From the human T2T-CHM13v2.0 reference genome, Homo sapiens, in the NCBI RefSeq assembly GCF_009914755.1, contig NC_060938.1: a stretch of DNA of 64,000 nt; one strand, written 5' to 3'. The notes beneath the pieces are model-generated. The model made no database searches and was not told where the DNA came from. It saw only the letters and a list, made by a program, of their open reading frames with translations. This document shows, one piece after another, positions 1 through 13,100 of this stretch (positions within the stretch are counted from its first letter, which is position 1; the number at the start of each line of letters is the position of its first letter). Made by a program: the position numbers and the translations under genes.

Positions 1-2610
1 CAAAAAAAGAAATCTCACTGATGAACATTGATGCAAAAAAATTCAACAAAATTATAAACACTGATGCAAAAAATTCAACAAATCCTACAAAACAAATTCA
101 ATAACACATTAAAGAGATCATTCATCATGACCAGGTAGGATTTATCCCAAGGATCTAAGGATAGTTCACCATATGCAAATCGATCTATGTGATACATCAT
201 ATCAACAGAATGAAGGACAAAAAACATATGATCATTTCAATTGATTCTGGAAAAGCAAAGCATGTGATAAAATTCAGCATTCCTTCATGACAAAAACTCT
301 CAAAAAACTGAGTATGGAAGGAATATGTCTCAACACAGTAAAAGCCATATATGACAGACTTAGAGCTAGTATCATACTGAATGGGAAAAAACTGAAAGCC
401 TTTCCTCTAAAATCTGGAACAAGGCAGGGATGCCCACTTTCACCACTGTTATTCAACATGGTACTGGAAGTCCTAACTAGAGCAATTAGAAAAGAGAAAT
501 AAATAAAGGGCACCCAAGTTGGAAAGAAAGAAGTCAAGTTATCCTTGCTTGTAGATTATATGATCTTATATTTGGAAAAACCTAAAGACTCCACCAAAAA
601 CTATTAAACCGATAAAGAAATTCAACGTTGTAAGATACCAAATCAAAATACAAAAAGTTAGTGGCATTTCTATGTGCCAACAGTGAACAATCTGAAAAAG
701 AAATCAATAAACTCAATAGCAATAAATAAAACAATATACCTAGGAATAAACTTAACTAAAGAAGTGAAAGATCTCTATGATGAAGACTATAATATATTGC
801 TTCAGGAAACTGAAGATGACAAACACAGGGAAAGATATTTTATGTTCATGGGATTAGAGGGATAAATAGTGCTAAAATGTTCATACTACCCAAAATAATC
901 TACAGATTCAATGCAATCTTTATCAAAATACCAATGACATTCTTCACAGAAGTAGGAAAAATAATCCTAATTGGGACCACAGAAGACCTGGAATAGCCAA
1001 AGCCATCCTGAGGAAAACAAAACAAAACAAAACAAAACACCACACATACAGAAAAACAAAAACACCTGGAGGAAACATTATCTGAGGTCAAATCCTACTA
1101 CAGAGCTATAGTAACCAAAACAGCATGGTATTGGCATAAAAAGACACATAGACCAACGGAACAGAACAGCAAACCTAGAAATAAATCCACATATCTACAG
1201 TGAACTCATTTTCAACAAAGGCGACAAGAACATGCACTGGGAAAAGGACACTCTCTTCAATAAACGATGCTCAGAAAACTGAATACCTGTATGAAGAAAA
1301 GTGAAACTAGACCCCTATCTCTCACAATATACAAAAATAAAATCAAAATGAATTAAAGACCTCAAACTATGAAACCACTACCTGAAAACATTGGGGAAGC
1401 TCTCTATGATGTTTGAATGGATGTAAAGATTTGTTGAGTCATACCGTACAAGCACAGGCAACCAAAGCAAAAGTGGACAAATGGGATCACAACAAATTAA
1501 AAAGCTTCTGCATAGCAAAGGAAACAACCAACAAAGTGAAGAGACAGCACACAGAATTGGAGAAAATATTTGCAAACTTTTCATCTGACAAGAGATTAAT
1601 CAGAATATATAAGGAGTTCAGCTCAAATAATTACATAGTAAAAATTCTAATATAATTGAAAAATAGGCAAGAGATCTGAATAGACATTTCTTAAAAAAAT
1701 CACATACAAAAGGCAAACAGGATACAAAAATGAGTTCAACATCATTGATCAGAGAAATGCAAGTCAAAAGTACAATGAGATATCATCTCACCCCAGTTAA
1801 AATGGCTTTTATCCAGAAACAGGCAATAATGGATGCTGGTGAGATATACAGAGGAACACTGTTAGTGGGAATATAAATTATTATAGTCACGATGAAGAAT
1901 AGTATGGAGTTTTCTCGAAAAACTTAAAATAGAGCTACTGTATGATCCAGCAATCTTACTGCTAGGTACATACCCAAAACAAAGGAAATTAGCATATCAA
2001 AGAGATACCTGCACTCCCATGTTTTTTCCAGTACTATTCACAATAGCCAAGATTTGGAATCAACCTAACTATTCATCAACAGATGAATGGATAAAGAAAA
2101 TGTGGTACATATACTCAACGAAATAGTATTCAGCCATAAAAAGAATAAGATTCTGTCTTTTACAACAACATGGATGGAATTGAAGGACATCATGTTAAGT
2201 GACATAAGCCACGGTCAAAAAGACAAACTTCATATGTTCTCACTCATTTGTGGGAGCTAAAAATTAAAACGATTAAACTTATGGAGACAGTAGAATGACA
2301 GTTATCAGAGGCTTGGAGGGGTAGTGAAGGGAGGGAAAGAGTGGGGATAGCTAAAGGGTTAAAAAATATGGTTTGAACAAATAAGTCTAGTATTTGACAG
2401 CACAAGAGGGTGACTACAATTTATTTTACATTTTAAAATAACTAAATACTATAATTGGAATATTTGTAACACAAAGAAATGATAAATGCTTGAAGTGATG
2501 GATACCCCATTTACCCTGATGTGATTACACATGGTTTGCTTGTATCAAAATCTCATGTACCCCATAAATATAAACATCTACTGTGCACCCATAAAAATTA
2601 AAAATAAAAA
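1..2610 (+). mobile_element. LINE-1 (L1MA-type), 3' part of ORF2 plus 3' UTR; degenerate and continuing off the window start
   Basis: ORF 287-502 encodes an L1 RT segment ([22 protein letters not shown]); further ORF2 remnants with stops/frameshifts; L1MA-type 3' end (gatggataccccatttaccctgatgtgatt...cccataaaaattaaaaataaaaa). Confidence 0.95.
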
Positions 2611-3129
2611 CTACTTAGATGAAGAACTTTGCTGTTAAGATTGCTTCTACTTAACTTTTTCATATTTGGTAAACTTAAATCCAAGTCCTTAACACTAATC
2701 TGTGGAGGAAAATAAAATTCTTCTCAAACCTATTGTGTAAACTAGCATTCATATCAACTGAGAACTTTTATATCTTTGCTTTTTCTTCATTCAGCTATAA
2801 ATTATCTCACATGCTCCTCCTTATGCACTGAACAAATGGCACAATCTAAGAGTTTTCAGGTTGTGCTGAAAACAAACCAAGCAAGCATAAACAAATCATA
2901 TATTTAAATTGTAACTGACTGCACAGTGCAGAACCTGATGTCCCTGGAGGTGGTCACCCACCTTATTCTAGTTTTGCCTGAAAGAGAAAACAGAAAAATG
3001 TAGGATGAGGGGCGGGAGGGCAGTGAATTTCACAAGGAAAGCAATCCCTTACTCTACATTACAAAGGAGAAAGTAGAAAAGCCTCCCTTTTTAATGTGAG
3101 TAGCCACACTGTTTCATAGTTTCAGTTCC

Positions 3130-3149
3130 AAAAAAAAAAAAAAAAAAAA
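3130..3149. repeat. poly(A)20 tract
   Basis: Uninterrupted A run. Confidence 0.9.
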
Positions 3150-4086
3150 CTCAATACATCTTTTAGCGATTGCTTTTCCCAGTCCTCTTGGATTTATTTA
3201 AAAAGTAATCAAACCTAATTAAAACAATCTGCTTTACTGCCAGAGTGGCCCTTCAATGCCCTAGAAAAAACCGAGATTGCTCAGAAAGGGGCTAGAAAAC
3301 AGAAGGAAACATGGAGCTTTGCAGCTCTTCATATGCGAGAAATTAAGAAGGAAGAAAGGTTAATGTTATTGAAGAAACTTAGAGACTAAGGACAGGTGTT
3401 AGGACCGGAGGCAAGAGTCGAGACTGTGGAAGATTGTGTCCCTGGTATTAGGGGGTCTGCTGGTCTCGGAAGATCCAGCCTGCAGCCCTGACCTATTTGC
3501 TCCATGGGAGTGACCATGTTATTACTTGCAGTTTAGCGTGTCAGCCTCCATGCTTACTGAACCCTGGATGCTGAAGGGTAGAGACTGTGTGACAAACCTG
3601 GATTCCTTAAATTGGTGGTTTAATTTTCCTGCTGCTCTCTAGAGAGTTTATTTCTATATTGTAGCATATTTATTATGAATATTAAGTGATAAAACTAGCT
3701 GTATTTGAGAAAAGAGTCATGCCTACTGAAGACTTCATGTTAATTAGCTGCAAATAAAGTCCAAACGTCTCTAGAAAACCAAATGCTTTACATTCTAATT
3801 CTATCAGCTGTTTGGTTTCTGTTTTCTCATCACTACACAGCCCCTGGGTGAAGAAATTTCTCTGTTAATATATGTAGTAATCTTTTCAAAATGGTTCTTT
3901 ATACCTCTCCCTTCCTTAATTTAAAAACATACAGGAATGTTCTTGCTATTGTTGGGTAAATAGGCACATGTACCACAAAATTTTACGAAAGCATTAGATT
4001 TCATTTTAACTGGTAACTTGACACTTTATCTCCAAAACAAGTCTTTTCTGTGATCTAGCTCAACACAAAAGCCCCAAAGATAAAAT

Positions 4087-4197
4087 TTTACCGTGATGTA
4101 ATTATTCCACACAGTATGCCTATATCAAAGTATCTAATGTACCCATAAAGACATACACCTCCTATGTAGCCATAAAAATTAAAAATTAAATTAAAAA
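4087..4197 (+). mobile_element. Short L1MA 3'-terminal fragment
   Basis: ttaccgtgatgtaattattccac...atgtacccataaa...cataaaaattaaaaatt matches the L1MA terminus also seen at ~2510-2610. Confidence 0.85.
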
Positions 4198-4823
4198 GAG
4201 GGAAACAGCAAAGGACACAGTGTGTGTATGTGTGTGTTGCTGTTGGGGATGCAGGGAATATAGGAGAGGCAAAGGGAAGGGGAATATGGTAAAGGGAAAG
4301 AAAGAAGTGTGTTGGAAAACATCCCACCCAGGAAAATTGCCTTTGAGTAATAGCAGTAGTCATAAACATACTCAGGAAAGGATATCACAAGTTAGATTTC
4401 CTCAAGTTCATTTGTCTTTAGAAGGGAACATCTTTAAATTAGAGAAAATAAAAGTATTCTAAATGAGACTGCACAATTGGAAAGTAAAACAGGACTTTTA
4501 AAAATGGTAAAAAAAAAACTGTAAAAAAAATTAATGTGTCAGCCCTTTTAAAATCCCAGATACGTGGTTGAATTGCTTTCATTCACAGAAACTTTCAGCA
4601 TAAAATGTTCAGTAAGATGTACTTTAGAATTTCAGAACTCTGGATTTCTCTGGCTATTATGTGCTAAGTTATAAAAAGTTTAGTCAACTACAGATTTGAA
4701 AAATTATTTACTTAACACACTGTAGCAAGAGGAATTGGTAAAAATGACTAGTCCCTGTTGGTGAGGCAGTGATAATTTGGTAGGTAGTCCTCTTCATGTT
4801 CCAGGCAATCAACCTTTTGGAGA

Positions 4824-5202
4824 TGTATTAGTTCGTTCTTATACAGCTATAAAGAACTGCCCAAGACTGGGTAATTTACAAAGGAAAGAGGTTTAATGGA
4901 CTCACAGTTCTGCATGGCTGGGGAGGCCTCAGGAAACTTACAATCATGGCCGAAGGTGAAGGAGAAGCAAGACACCTTCTTCACAGGGTGGCAGGAAGGA
5001 GAATGAACTCAGGAGGAACTACCAAATACTTATAAAACAATCAGATCTCATGAGAACTCATTCAGTCTCACGAGGATAGCATGGGGGAAACCACCCTCAT
5101 GATCCAATTACCTCCACCTAGCCTCTTCCTTGACACATGGGGATTATGGGGATTATAATTCAAGATGAGATTTGGGTGGGGACACAAAGTCTAACCATTT
5201 CA
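4824..5202 (-). mobile_element. THE1 (ERVL-MaLR) solo LTR, THE1C/D-like
   Basis: tgtattagttcgttc...gactgggtaatttacaaaggaaagaggtttaatggactcacagttc...gagatttgggtggggacaca...ccatttca; TG...CA ends. Confidence 0.93.
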
Positions 5203-6929
5203 GGTTGTTTAGCTCTTTAGTTGTTTTTTGGCTAGGTTGCTTTCAGCCCTTGTTAGGTAATATGAAAATTGACACAATCTCAACGCCTATGAGATTACGA
5301 GGCTTCACCTGTTTGTAGGCACAAATGAAATTACACTACATTAGAAAAACTGAAGTGTTCTTAATACATACCACCTGTTGGGGATCTGGAACCCAGATCC
5401 ACTTTATCATCTTTTCCCAATCTCACAACTCCTGGTGTGCCTCAGCCTGGGCCTCTCTTCTCTGCCTTGAGGGTGTCAGGTAGCTGCTTACCATTCATTG
5501 GTCTCTGTCAGCAGTCCAGTCCTTCCCCAGCCAGGGATGGCTTCCTGTGGACTTTAAGAGCTCCCTCAGGCCTAGGCTTACCGTCCAAAGGGCTCCTCAT
5601 TCTAACACTAGGTACTCCTGTCCAAGCCTTCCCTTACTTCCTCTCTTATGCATGACAGACAGCTCTAACTTTTCACAAGGCCTGACTGAAGCCCCACATT
5701 TCAGGGAAGGGAAGTACCCACAGAGCTGAATTCACAGCAGACTAGAGATGGGTGTTCTGAGAGGCCTCAGCACCACGCCGTTGCTTAAAGGCTGCCTCTT
5801 TGTCTCAGTGGTAAGGGAAATGAGTTTTGTTCCCACCAAACTTCTTCAAATTGGCTAGATTCCTCAGAGAAAAGACCCAAGCAAATAATCCTAAGGAGAT
5901 GAAGGTATCACCTCCTCACCTCCAGACTAAGATTTAAGATTTATTTCCTGTCTCAAAATCTACTTCATCCCAGGAAGGCAGACACTGGTGAGCTCTACTC
6001 TCATATGAACAGATTCTTACCTCACAATTTCAACAGAGCAGTCACAGGAGAACACCATCATCCTGCTTTACAAGTGAGGCACACAGACAGCAGAGAGTGG
6101 TGAGACTGGGGAAGCCGGAGAAGTTGCTTTTTGATATCCCTTGCTTCCAAATTACCAAGAAAAATTGATTGCCCCTTTAATTTTCAAAGTTTCACAGATT
6201 TGGGGTTTCTGTCTTTAGCTTATAACGTAGAGGGCTGTTTTATGGTCTTTTCTCCAGGATAAAATGAGGGTGACTCCTGCATATCTTTTCTAAAGTCTCA
6301 GGGTCTGAGAGCCTGAACACCCCAAAGAAGATACTTAATATAAGACACAAGATATAAACTGTATTCTGTAGGCATCTAAATCCAGACTTAGAAAATAAAC
6401 TTTTTTTCCCAGAAGCAGCAGCCTACAGAAATGCTATTCTGCCTACTACACAAATGACCTTTTCCATGATCACACAGAACAGTTTAGCTCCTTATAGCTA
6501 CAGCTTCTCAAACACCTCCTTTTCTAATTACGACCTGTGATTTAGATTTGCATAACTGAAAGGCACACGCAATGATTTGCTTTAGAATTTAGAAATAGTC
6601 TGCATCAACACTGTGTTCAATTCCCAACTTCTAGAAAAACAGAAAAACTGCTTGCAGTTTTGAAATGACCTTTTTCGTAGGTTCCGTCACTCCCACCAAT
6701 GTTTCCAATAGCTTGGGACCAAGCCTCTGCCAAATACAAGCTCATGTGCTTTTGAACACTGCCTTCAGCAGTCTACGCAAAAAGCTAGCCCCCAAACGGG
6801 AACTCAACCCTGAGGTGACAGCAGCGGAGTCACTTTTATTTATATCTTTCTTCAGAAATTGCTGCCTTTTCCTTATATAGTCAGAAAGTAACCTTTCAAG
6901 AAGGTACCCAATCTCATGTCAGTTCAATA

Positions 6930-7215
6930 ATCATAATAACAAACACCTAATAACAATTACTATGTGCCATGCCCTGTTGCAGGTGCCCCCATATATTGAC
7001 TTGTTGACTTAGTCTTCAACACAATAGCATGACATATGTACTAAACACACACATATATACACACTCACATGCAAATGCACACCTTGAGACACTAGGTCCC
7101 ATTGTATAGGCAAGAGAGATGATGTGACTTGCCCAGATCATACAGAGAGTAAAAGTGGCAGGACAGGAATTTATTAAGACTGGTTCCAGAATCGATCTCT
7201 TAATCACTCCTCCCC
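6930..7215 (-). mobile_element. MIR SINE, interrupted by CA-rich sequence
   Basis: tactatgtgcca...cccattgtatagg...gtgacttgcccagatcatacag...ggcaggacaggaattt MIR core. Confidence 0.7.
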
Positions 7216-7519
7216 GCTGCCTTATGCAATAGTATATCATACTATTTTTCATAGATTCCCAATTATAAAAGTGGCTATATTGACTTATGATGTTTCAGCC
7301 ATGATCCCCCTCATTTACTTTCTCCATCAGGCTTCACAGTCACTATAAGTTGATGGCATACCTTTTCAGGAGGAACATGAATAGTAATGCCTGTGCCCTT
7401 GTTACTGTTTTCAATCACCCCATAGCAGCCGCTGCTGTTTGTGGGACCCTCACTGTGTCCTAGCATTAAGCTAACTGCATATGATGAACAGTACCTTTTA
7501 ATTTTCCCGAGCCATAGAA

Positions 7520-7680
7520 TAGATGCCACTATTTTCCTCTATTTTGATGCATAGGAAACTGAGACTCTGAAGGCTTAAGTAACTTATTGAGAGTCCCATG
7601 GTTATTGAGTCTGAGAACCAAAATTTGAACCACATCATTAGACTCAATGCTCCTGACCACAGTGCTATACTATCTCCTGG
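7520..7680 (-). mobile_element. MIR SINE
   Basis: ggaaactgagactctgaaggcttaagtaactt...aaatttgaacc. Confidence 0.75.
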
Positions 7681-8517
7681 TATAATTGTTATTCCAGGAG
7701 TATGATATTTGATGTAAATCATCATGGTGTAAGGAGGCCATTATGAAAAATGAAAATTCACTTTCTCTCATGCATGAGAGAGTCTTGGATTTTTTCCTGT
7801 ATGATTTACTTTTACATCACTTAATACATCATGTCTCAATTTAAAAGGCGAGTCTTGTGGAGAAGAAGGACACCCTGACTTAGGTTATCTGAGATATGAA
7901 CACTATGTTATTAGTTTTTCTATTTTTTGATTCATCTCATGAAACCTGAGATTGTATTCATTACCTCCTTGGCAAGAGCCCCAATTTGCATGCATGCAAG
8001 CAGTCTGGTATGAAAACTATTGTTCTTTGTTGTATAATGACTTTGACCTGGGATTCAATAAATAGAAACATGTTTATAAGATTGTGATGCTAATTGATAC
8101 AAAAGTGGAAAAGTTCCAGAGTTAAAACATTTACAAAGGAAGTATAATATCAAGAATAGTTGCAGGAATCAAAACAGTATCAATACTGCTATGTTTATCA
8201 TACCTTTATTTTCTCAAGGTTTTCTTATCTAAAGAATTCAAGTGAGTTTTTTATATACAAGTATATTCCAGGCCAAGGGACTTGAACATAAGGTAATAGA
8301 GATGTGCAGGAGAAAGTACCATGTACAGTGAAATAGCCCAGTATAGTGAGAAGAGCATCGGCGTCAGAGGCAAGACATTTGGGTGACATTTAGAGAAAGC
8401 AAGCCTATCAAAATCTTACAGTTATTTTTGTCACAACAGGATTGCAGAGCTTAGTTTTGCTTGTCTAAATTGGCTACAAGAAGGCAGTAAGAACAAACCA
8501 ACGGTCTCAAATAACGA

Positions 8518-8604
8518 CTTCTTTCAAATGGTTTATAGACACACGCTTCTTTCAAATGGTTTATAGACACACACTTCTTTCAAATGGTTTATAGACACAC
8601 ACTT
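8518..8604. repeat. 28-bp tandem repeat, 3 copies
   Basis: cttctttcaaatggtttatagacacac(g/a) starting at 8518, 8546 and 8574. Confidence 0.95.
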
Positions 8605-8819
8605 TCTCCACAGCTGATGCTGTTTCCCTGGGACCCATAGGGTCAGTACAATTACTCATTAGAACACATTTTAGTCACCAAATGACTGGAAAGATATGAG
8701 ACTGGGTTTTGCTCTTTGTCCTCCCTAACTAGCTTGGTGCTCAAGATGTGGATTTTAAGCTTGCGAAATATGTACATACATACAAAAAACATCTGTACTG
8801 GATATTTAAAAATAAATCG

Positions 8820-9422
8820 AGTCTCATACACTACTAGTGGGAGTGTGTGACAATGTTCACTAAAGATGGATGTTTGTATACCCTATGCCCAGCAATTTTA
8901 CGCCTAGGAACATGCCCCCCAAAAATGTGTGCATATTTCACAAAATTATACATATGATTTTTAGAGTAGCACCTTTTAACAGCCCCAAACTGAAAACCAT
9001 TGAATTGAGATTTAATAGTTGAATGAATAGTCTGTGCAGTATTTTGTATAAGAGAATACTATACAACCATAAGAATGACTAAACTGTAGCTATGCAGCAA
9101 CATGAGTGAATTGTAAAAATGTAAAGTTGAATAAAAGAAGGCAAACACACAAAAAGTGCATACTATGATTCAACTCCTATAAAGTTCAAAAACAGGCAAA
9201 CCTAATCTGTGATATTAGTGGTCAGTATAGTGGTGATCTATGGTCAGAAAGGCTGACTGGACTGGGTCATGAGCAGGCTTCTTGAGTATTAGTGATGCCC
9301 TATTTCCTGAGCTGGCTAATGTGTTACACAGATGTGTTGATTTTGTGAAAATTTATTGGGATGTACATGTAAGGCTCTTGTACTCTTCTGCTTAGGCATT
9401 CAATATAAATTTATATTAAAAT
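8820..9422 (+). mobile_element. Old L1 (L1ME-type) 3' fragment
   Basis: ccctatgcccagcaatttta...acagccccaaactgaaaacc...tatgattcaactcctataaagttcaaaaacaggcaaacctaatct, typical of an L1M 3' UTR. Confidence 0.85.
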
Positions 9423-9474
9423 AATTCTATATAGATGTATAAACATTTCATATATTCTTTATTAGATTACCTTA

Positions 9475-9690
9475 CAGTAAGGTTTCTCAGTTTGAGCATT
9501 AATTAAAATTTTTGGCTGGATAATTTTTTGTTGTGAGAGGCTGTTTTGTGCACTGTAGGGTGTTTGGTAGCATCCCTGACCATTACCTACTAGATGCCAG
9601 TTAGCACCTCCTCCCCAAATTATAATAACCCCAAATGTCTCCAGACATTGCCAAATGTCCTCTGGGAGGTAAAATTGTTCTCTGCCTTAA
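9475..9690. mobile_element. MER20 (hAT-Charlie) DNA transposon
   Basis: ggctggataattttttgttgtg...gtgcactgtagggtgtttggtagcatccctg...ctagatgccag...aaatgtctccagacattgccaaatgtcc. Confidence 0.9.
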
Positions 9691-10431
9691 ACTGACTTGC
9701 ACAAAAAAGTTATATTTTACCAAGGTTACTGATCAGTTATGCTGTCCACATCATTTTCCTGTTAGTTAAATGCCAAGAAGAATTTTAATATCTGTCAAAT
9801 GGAATCAGACTGGAAATTGAAATACAGAGTCACCCATATCCAAAAAACAGAATTATTCATCATACATGTTGTGCAGATGAGATTGGAACAAAAGAAGATT
9901 CCAAAAATTACCCCAAAATTCCTTTCTCTGAGAAGACTACATGATAGTTAGAAAATGATAGGCCATACCTGGACCTAACTCAAACACCATCATTTGGAAA
10001 CATGAATATTGGAGGGGAAGGTGGGCAGTAGACCGGATGAAGAACACACTTCTGAGAGCCTCCTTGGTCACTGCCATGTGTCAGGAGGTACAGAGGTCCA
10101 AGGAGCAACATCGAGTAGAGTTAGGGCAGGAAATCCTCCTAACACAGTTGAGCACCCTTTCCATTTCAAAACACCTGAAACCAAAACTTGTTCCTCTGTC
10201 TCTGGACTTAAAAAAGTAAAAATGTAAGGATGTGGTTTCCCTGTCAGACTGCTCTTGGCTTCAAAGCTCTCACCACCTCAATGAACTTCTCTACCGTGGA
10301 CCAGCTCTCTAACCTATCAGAGAACAGCCTACAACAGCATTGTCCAGGAGAAATATAATGCAAATCACACATGAACGAATGAATGAAATATAATGCAAAA
10401 CACACGTGAATGAATATATACATATTCATTC

Positions 10432-10580
10432 CAGTTGCCACATAAAAAAGGTAAAAAGAATAGAACAGGGGGTGTTAATTTTGATAATACATTTTATTTA
10501 ACCTAAAAAATTCTAAACTCTCATTATTTCAGTATATAATTAATAGAAAACATTGAGTTTCTTTCTCACACTAAGACTAT
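10432..10580. mobile_element. MER33-like (hAT-Charlie) fragment
   Basis: gccacataaaaaaggtaaaaagaa...ttaattttgataatacattttatttaacc. Confidence 0.7.
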
Positions 10581-10599
10581 TTGTTCCTTTTATAATAAT

Positions 10600-12850
10600 A
10601 TATTGGCCCCTTTTATATAATTTTTTTGCATTAGAATCTTTTTGTGTAATGTTGTTAAACACTAGCTTTTTATTAGCATTTGTTTAAAAAGCATTTTACA
10701 AATCTTAATTTCATTGAAGTTCAACTTTATCATTATGTTTCATATATATTTCTAAAAAGCAATGTACAGCTAAATAACTTTAATCTGAAAGTTTTTTTAA
10801 ATTTTGACATCTTTAAAAATTATAATTAGTGTGACTGTTGGTATTGTTGGATTTATATTGCCGGTATTCTTATTGTGCTTTTTTCATCATCACGGTTTTT
10901 GGGGTTTTTTTGTTTGTTTGTTTGTTTTTAGCTTGCTTTCTTCTTTTCTTGCCTTCTGTAGGACTGATTATTTTCATTCACTTCTTTCTACTGATTGCAA
11001 AATTACATTTATATCCACATGTGTGGTGATTATTCTTAAACCATTATCACAGAATCTCCATTTTAAGTGTAAAATTAATTAACAATTCTGGTTGCCATTT
11101 GTAAAATAAATATCCATAAAACACTTTAATTATAGCCCTCCTATCTTACCTTATTTTGTCTATTATTTTACTTTCTACCTAGTTTTTTTTTATTCTCCCC
11201 AAATTATTATTATGGTGGTGGCTATTTTGAACATTAAATGCCTTGCTGGTTTACTGATTTATATGATTTACTCATTCTTTGCTCAGTCGCGCTTGTTGTA
11301 CTCCACTTTTTCCACAAAGATCAATTTTCTTGTTTCTCAAGATTAGGCCTTTTGTAGTTCTTTCAGTGAAATATCACAGTCTTCAATACCTTTACTTCAC
11401 CTTTTCTCTACTATGATACTTTATTCTTGTATATAATTCTAGATTGGTTATTTTTTGTTAGCACTACAGAGACATAATTTCCTTCATTTTTTGTCCTCCA
11501 TTGTATACTCTGTCGATCTAATTCTGGTTTCTTTATAAGAGATCTATCTTTTCTGTCTAGTTGCCGTAATATTTTTAAATCTTTGGCTATGGTGTTTTGC
11601 AATTTCACCTCAATGAGCCTGGGTATTTGCTTTTATTAATTCTGTCCATTTAAAAAATATAAATCCGGGGATATTTGTAGTCATATTCTCTCTGAAAGTT
11701 GCCTTACAGTAATTATCTATATACTCTTATGATGAAACTCCTCTAATATATGTTGATCCTCATTGTGTCCTACATATTCCCTTAACCTTTTTTTCATTCT
11801 CCTATTCTTTTGTTGTTTCATTCTAGGTAATTTAATCAATTGCCAAGTTCCTTGCTCATTATTTAGTTGTGACTAAATAGTTGTTAAATGTATTAATTTT
11901 ATTTATAATTTAAATTACTAATATTTTCTAAATCTGTTTTCTATTTCTTCAGTCCTAGATCATTTCATTTGATTTTATTTCTTAACATCTTAATCATTAT
12001 AAATATACTAATTTTATTTTCTGCATAAGGCTATAATCATTCCCTAATCTAGTCATAAACATAAAACTGATAATTTTTTAGATATTTTATGGTTTGTGAC
12101 ATTATTTTATACAGGTTCATATTTTCATTGGAAACACATGTAGTCTGTGTTGTAGGAGTATCCCTCAAGAATGGTTTTATGTTTGTTTCTAGCAGGACCT
12201 CAGTAGCGTTACCAGCCAGGGACCAATTTTTATTAAAATTTGAGGGTTTTTTTTTTATAAGCTGTATGTGTAACAACAATTCAGACCTTAAACTGATTTT
12301 TGATTTCTAATCTCTTAGTGAAAGAGGAAAGTCTCTATCTTCTCTGTTCCACTGGGTAAATGTTACCTAATTTGAGAATGAAGCCATTCATGGGCCTCAT
12401 CTTCATGAAGGGATATCATTATCAAATACCTACTTTGAAAGGGCCCGGCTCTGTTCTTCAAGTGGGATGAAACTGAAGCTATTTTTTCTCTGGTGACAAT
12501 GTCTTTCGAAGGCCCCAACTTTCTGAGGGGATTTCACTACCAAATGCCTAGCTTGAAAGGAGCTAATGCTTCACTTCTGTCCTTCAAGTGAGGTGAAATG
12601 AAAGCATAGTTTACTAGCTGTTAGCTAATCACTCTATTCAAGCTCTCCTCCAGAACAACCACAGATTCAACACATGCACATAATTCTTGTTTTCAGTTTT
12701 ACTTTTGTTCTTAGCATCTAGAGGTTTTTCTTTTTTATTGAAAGTTAAGCTATGCATTAGAGAAATGGTTTTTTGGTTTGTTTGTTTTGTTTTTACATTT
12801 ATCCGACAATTCTAGTTGCCTGGTTATCTTGGTCTGCCATGTTGTTAGAA
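10600..12850 (-). mobile_element. Old L1 (L1ME/L1M5-type) 5' region, ORF1 and inter-ORF/ORF2-start remnants
   Basis: T-rich plus strand with L1M antisense signatures (ttttgcaatttcacctcaatgagcctgggt; tttttgttagcact); resembles the 5' region at 27180-27840 in opposite orientation. Confidence 0.65.
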
Positions 12851-12984
12851 TCCTAAATATTCTTTAAAATTTTTCTGTACTTCAACATTCATGAGGGTTA
12901 TGCTCCCATCCATAATTGTTATTGGTTATAAATTACATCCATACAGGAAACATATATTTACAAAGACCCTCTCGATCTTTGATG

Positions 12985-13100
12985 GGCTCATGATTCACCT
13001 GGTGAATCTCATTAAAAATGCAGATTTTGATTCAGGAAGTAAATCAGGTGATGCCAAGCTACTGGAGGCTCATGGCTCACAGTTGGGCCATGAGGCCCAA
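12985..13100. mobile_element. MER5-like fragment
   Basis: tcacctggtgaatctcattaaaaatgcagattttgattcagg...caggtgatgcc. Confidence 0.5.

Noticed and set aside
274-1655. ORFs with RT-like peptide (287-502, 1413-1655 and others)
   Set aside because: Broken fragments of a decayed L1 ORF2, not a functional gene
4087-4197. Local duplication of the upstream L1 3' end
   Set aside because: The two copies differ at many scattered positions, which fits independent insertion of a truncated L1MA better
5764-5785. REST/RE1 site (TCAGCACCACG)
   Set aside because: Only the left half-site matches; the GGACAG half is absent. A lone right half occurs far away at ~53509
8518-8604. CRISPR-like 28-bp direct repeats
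   Set aside because: No spacers between repeats, no cas genes, and the DNA is primate
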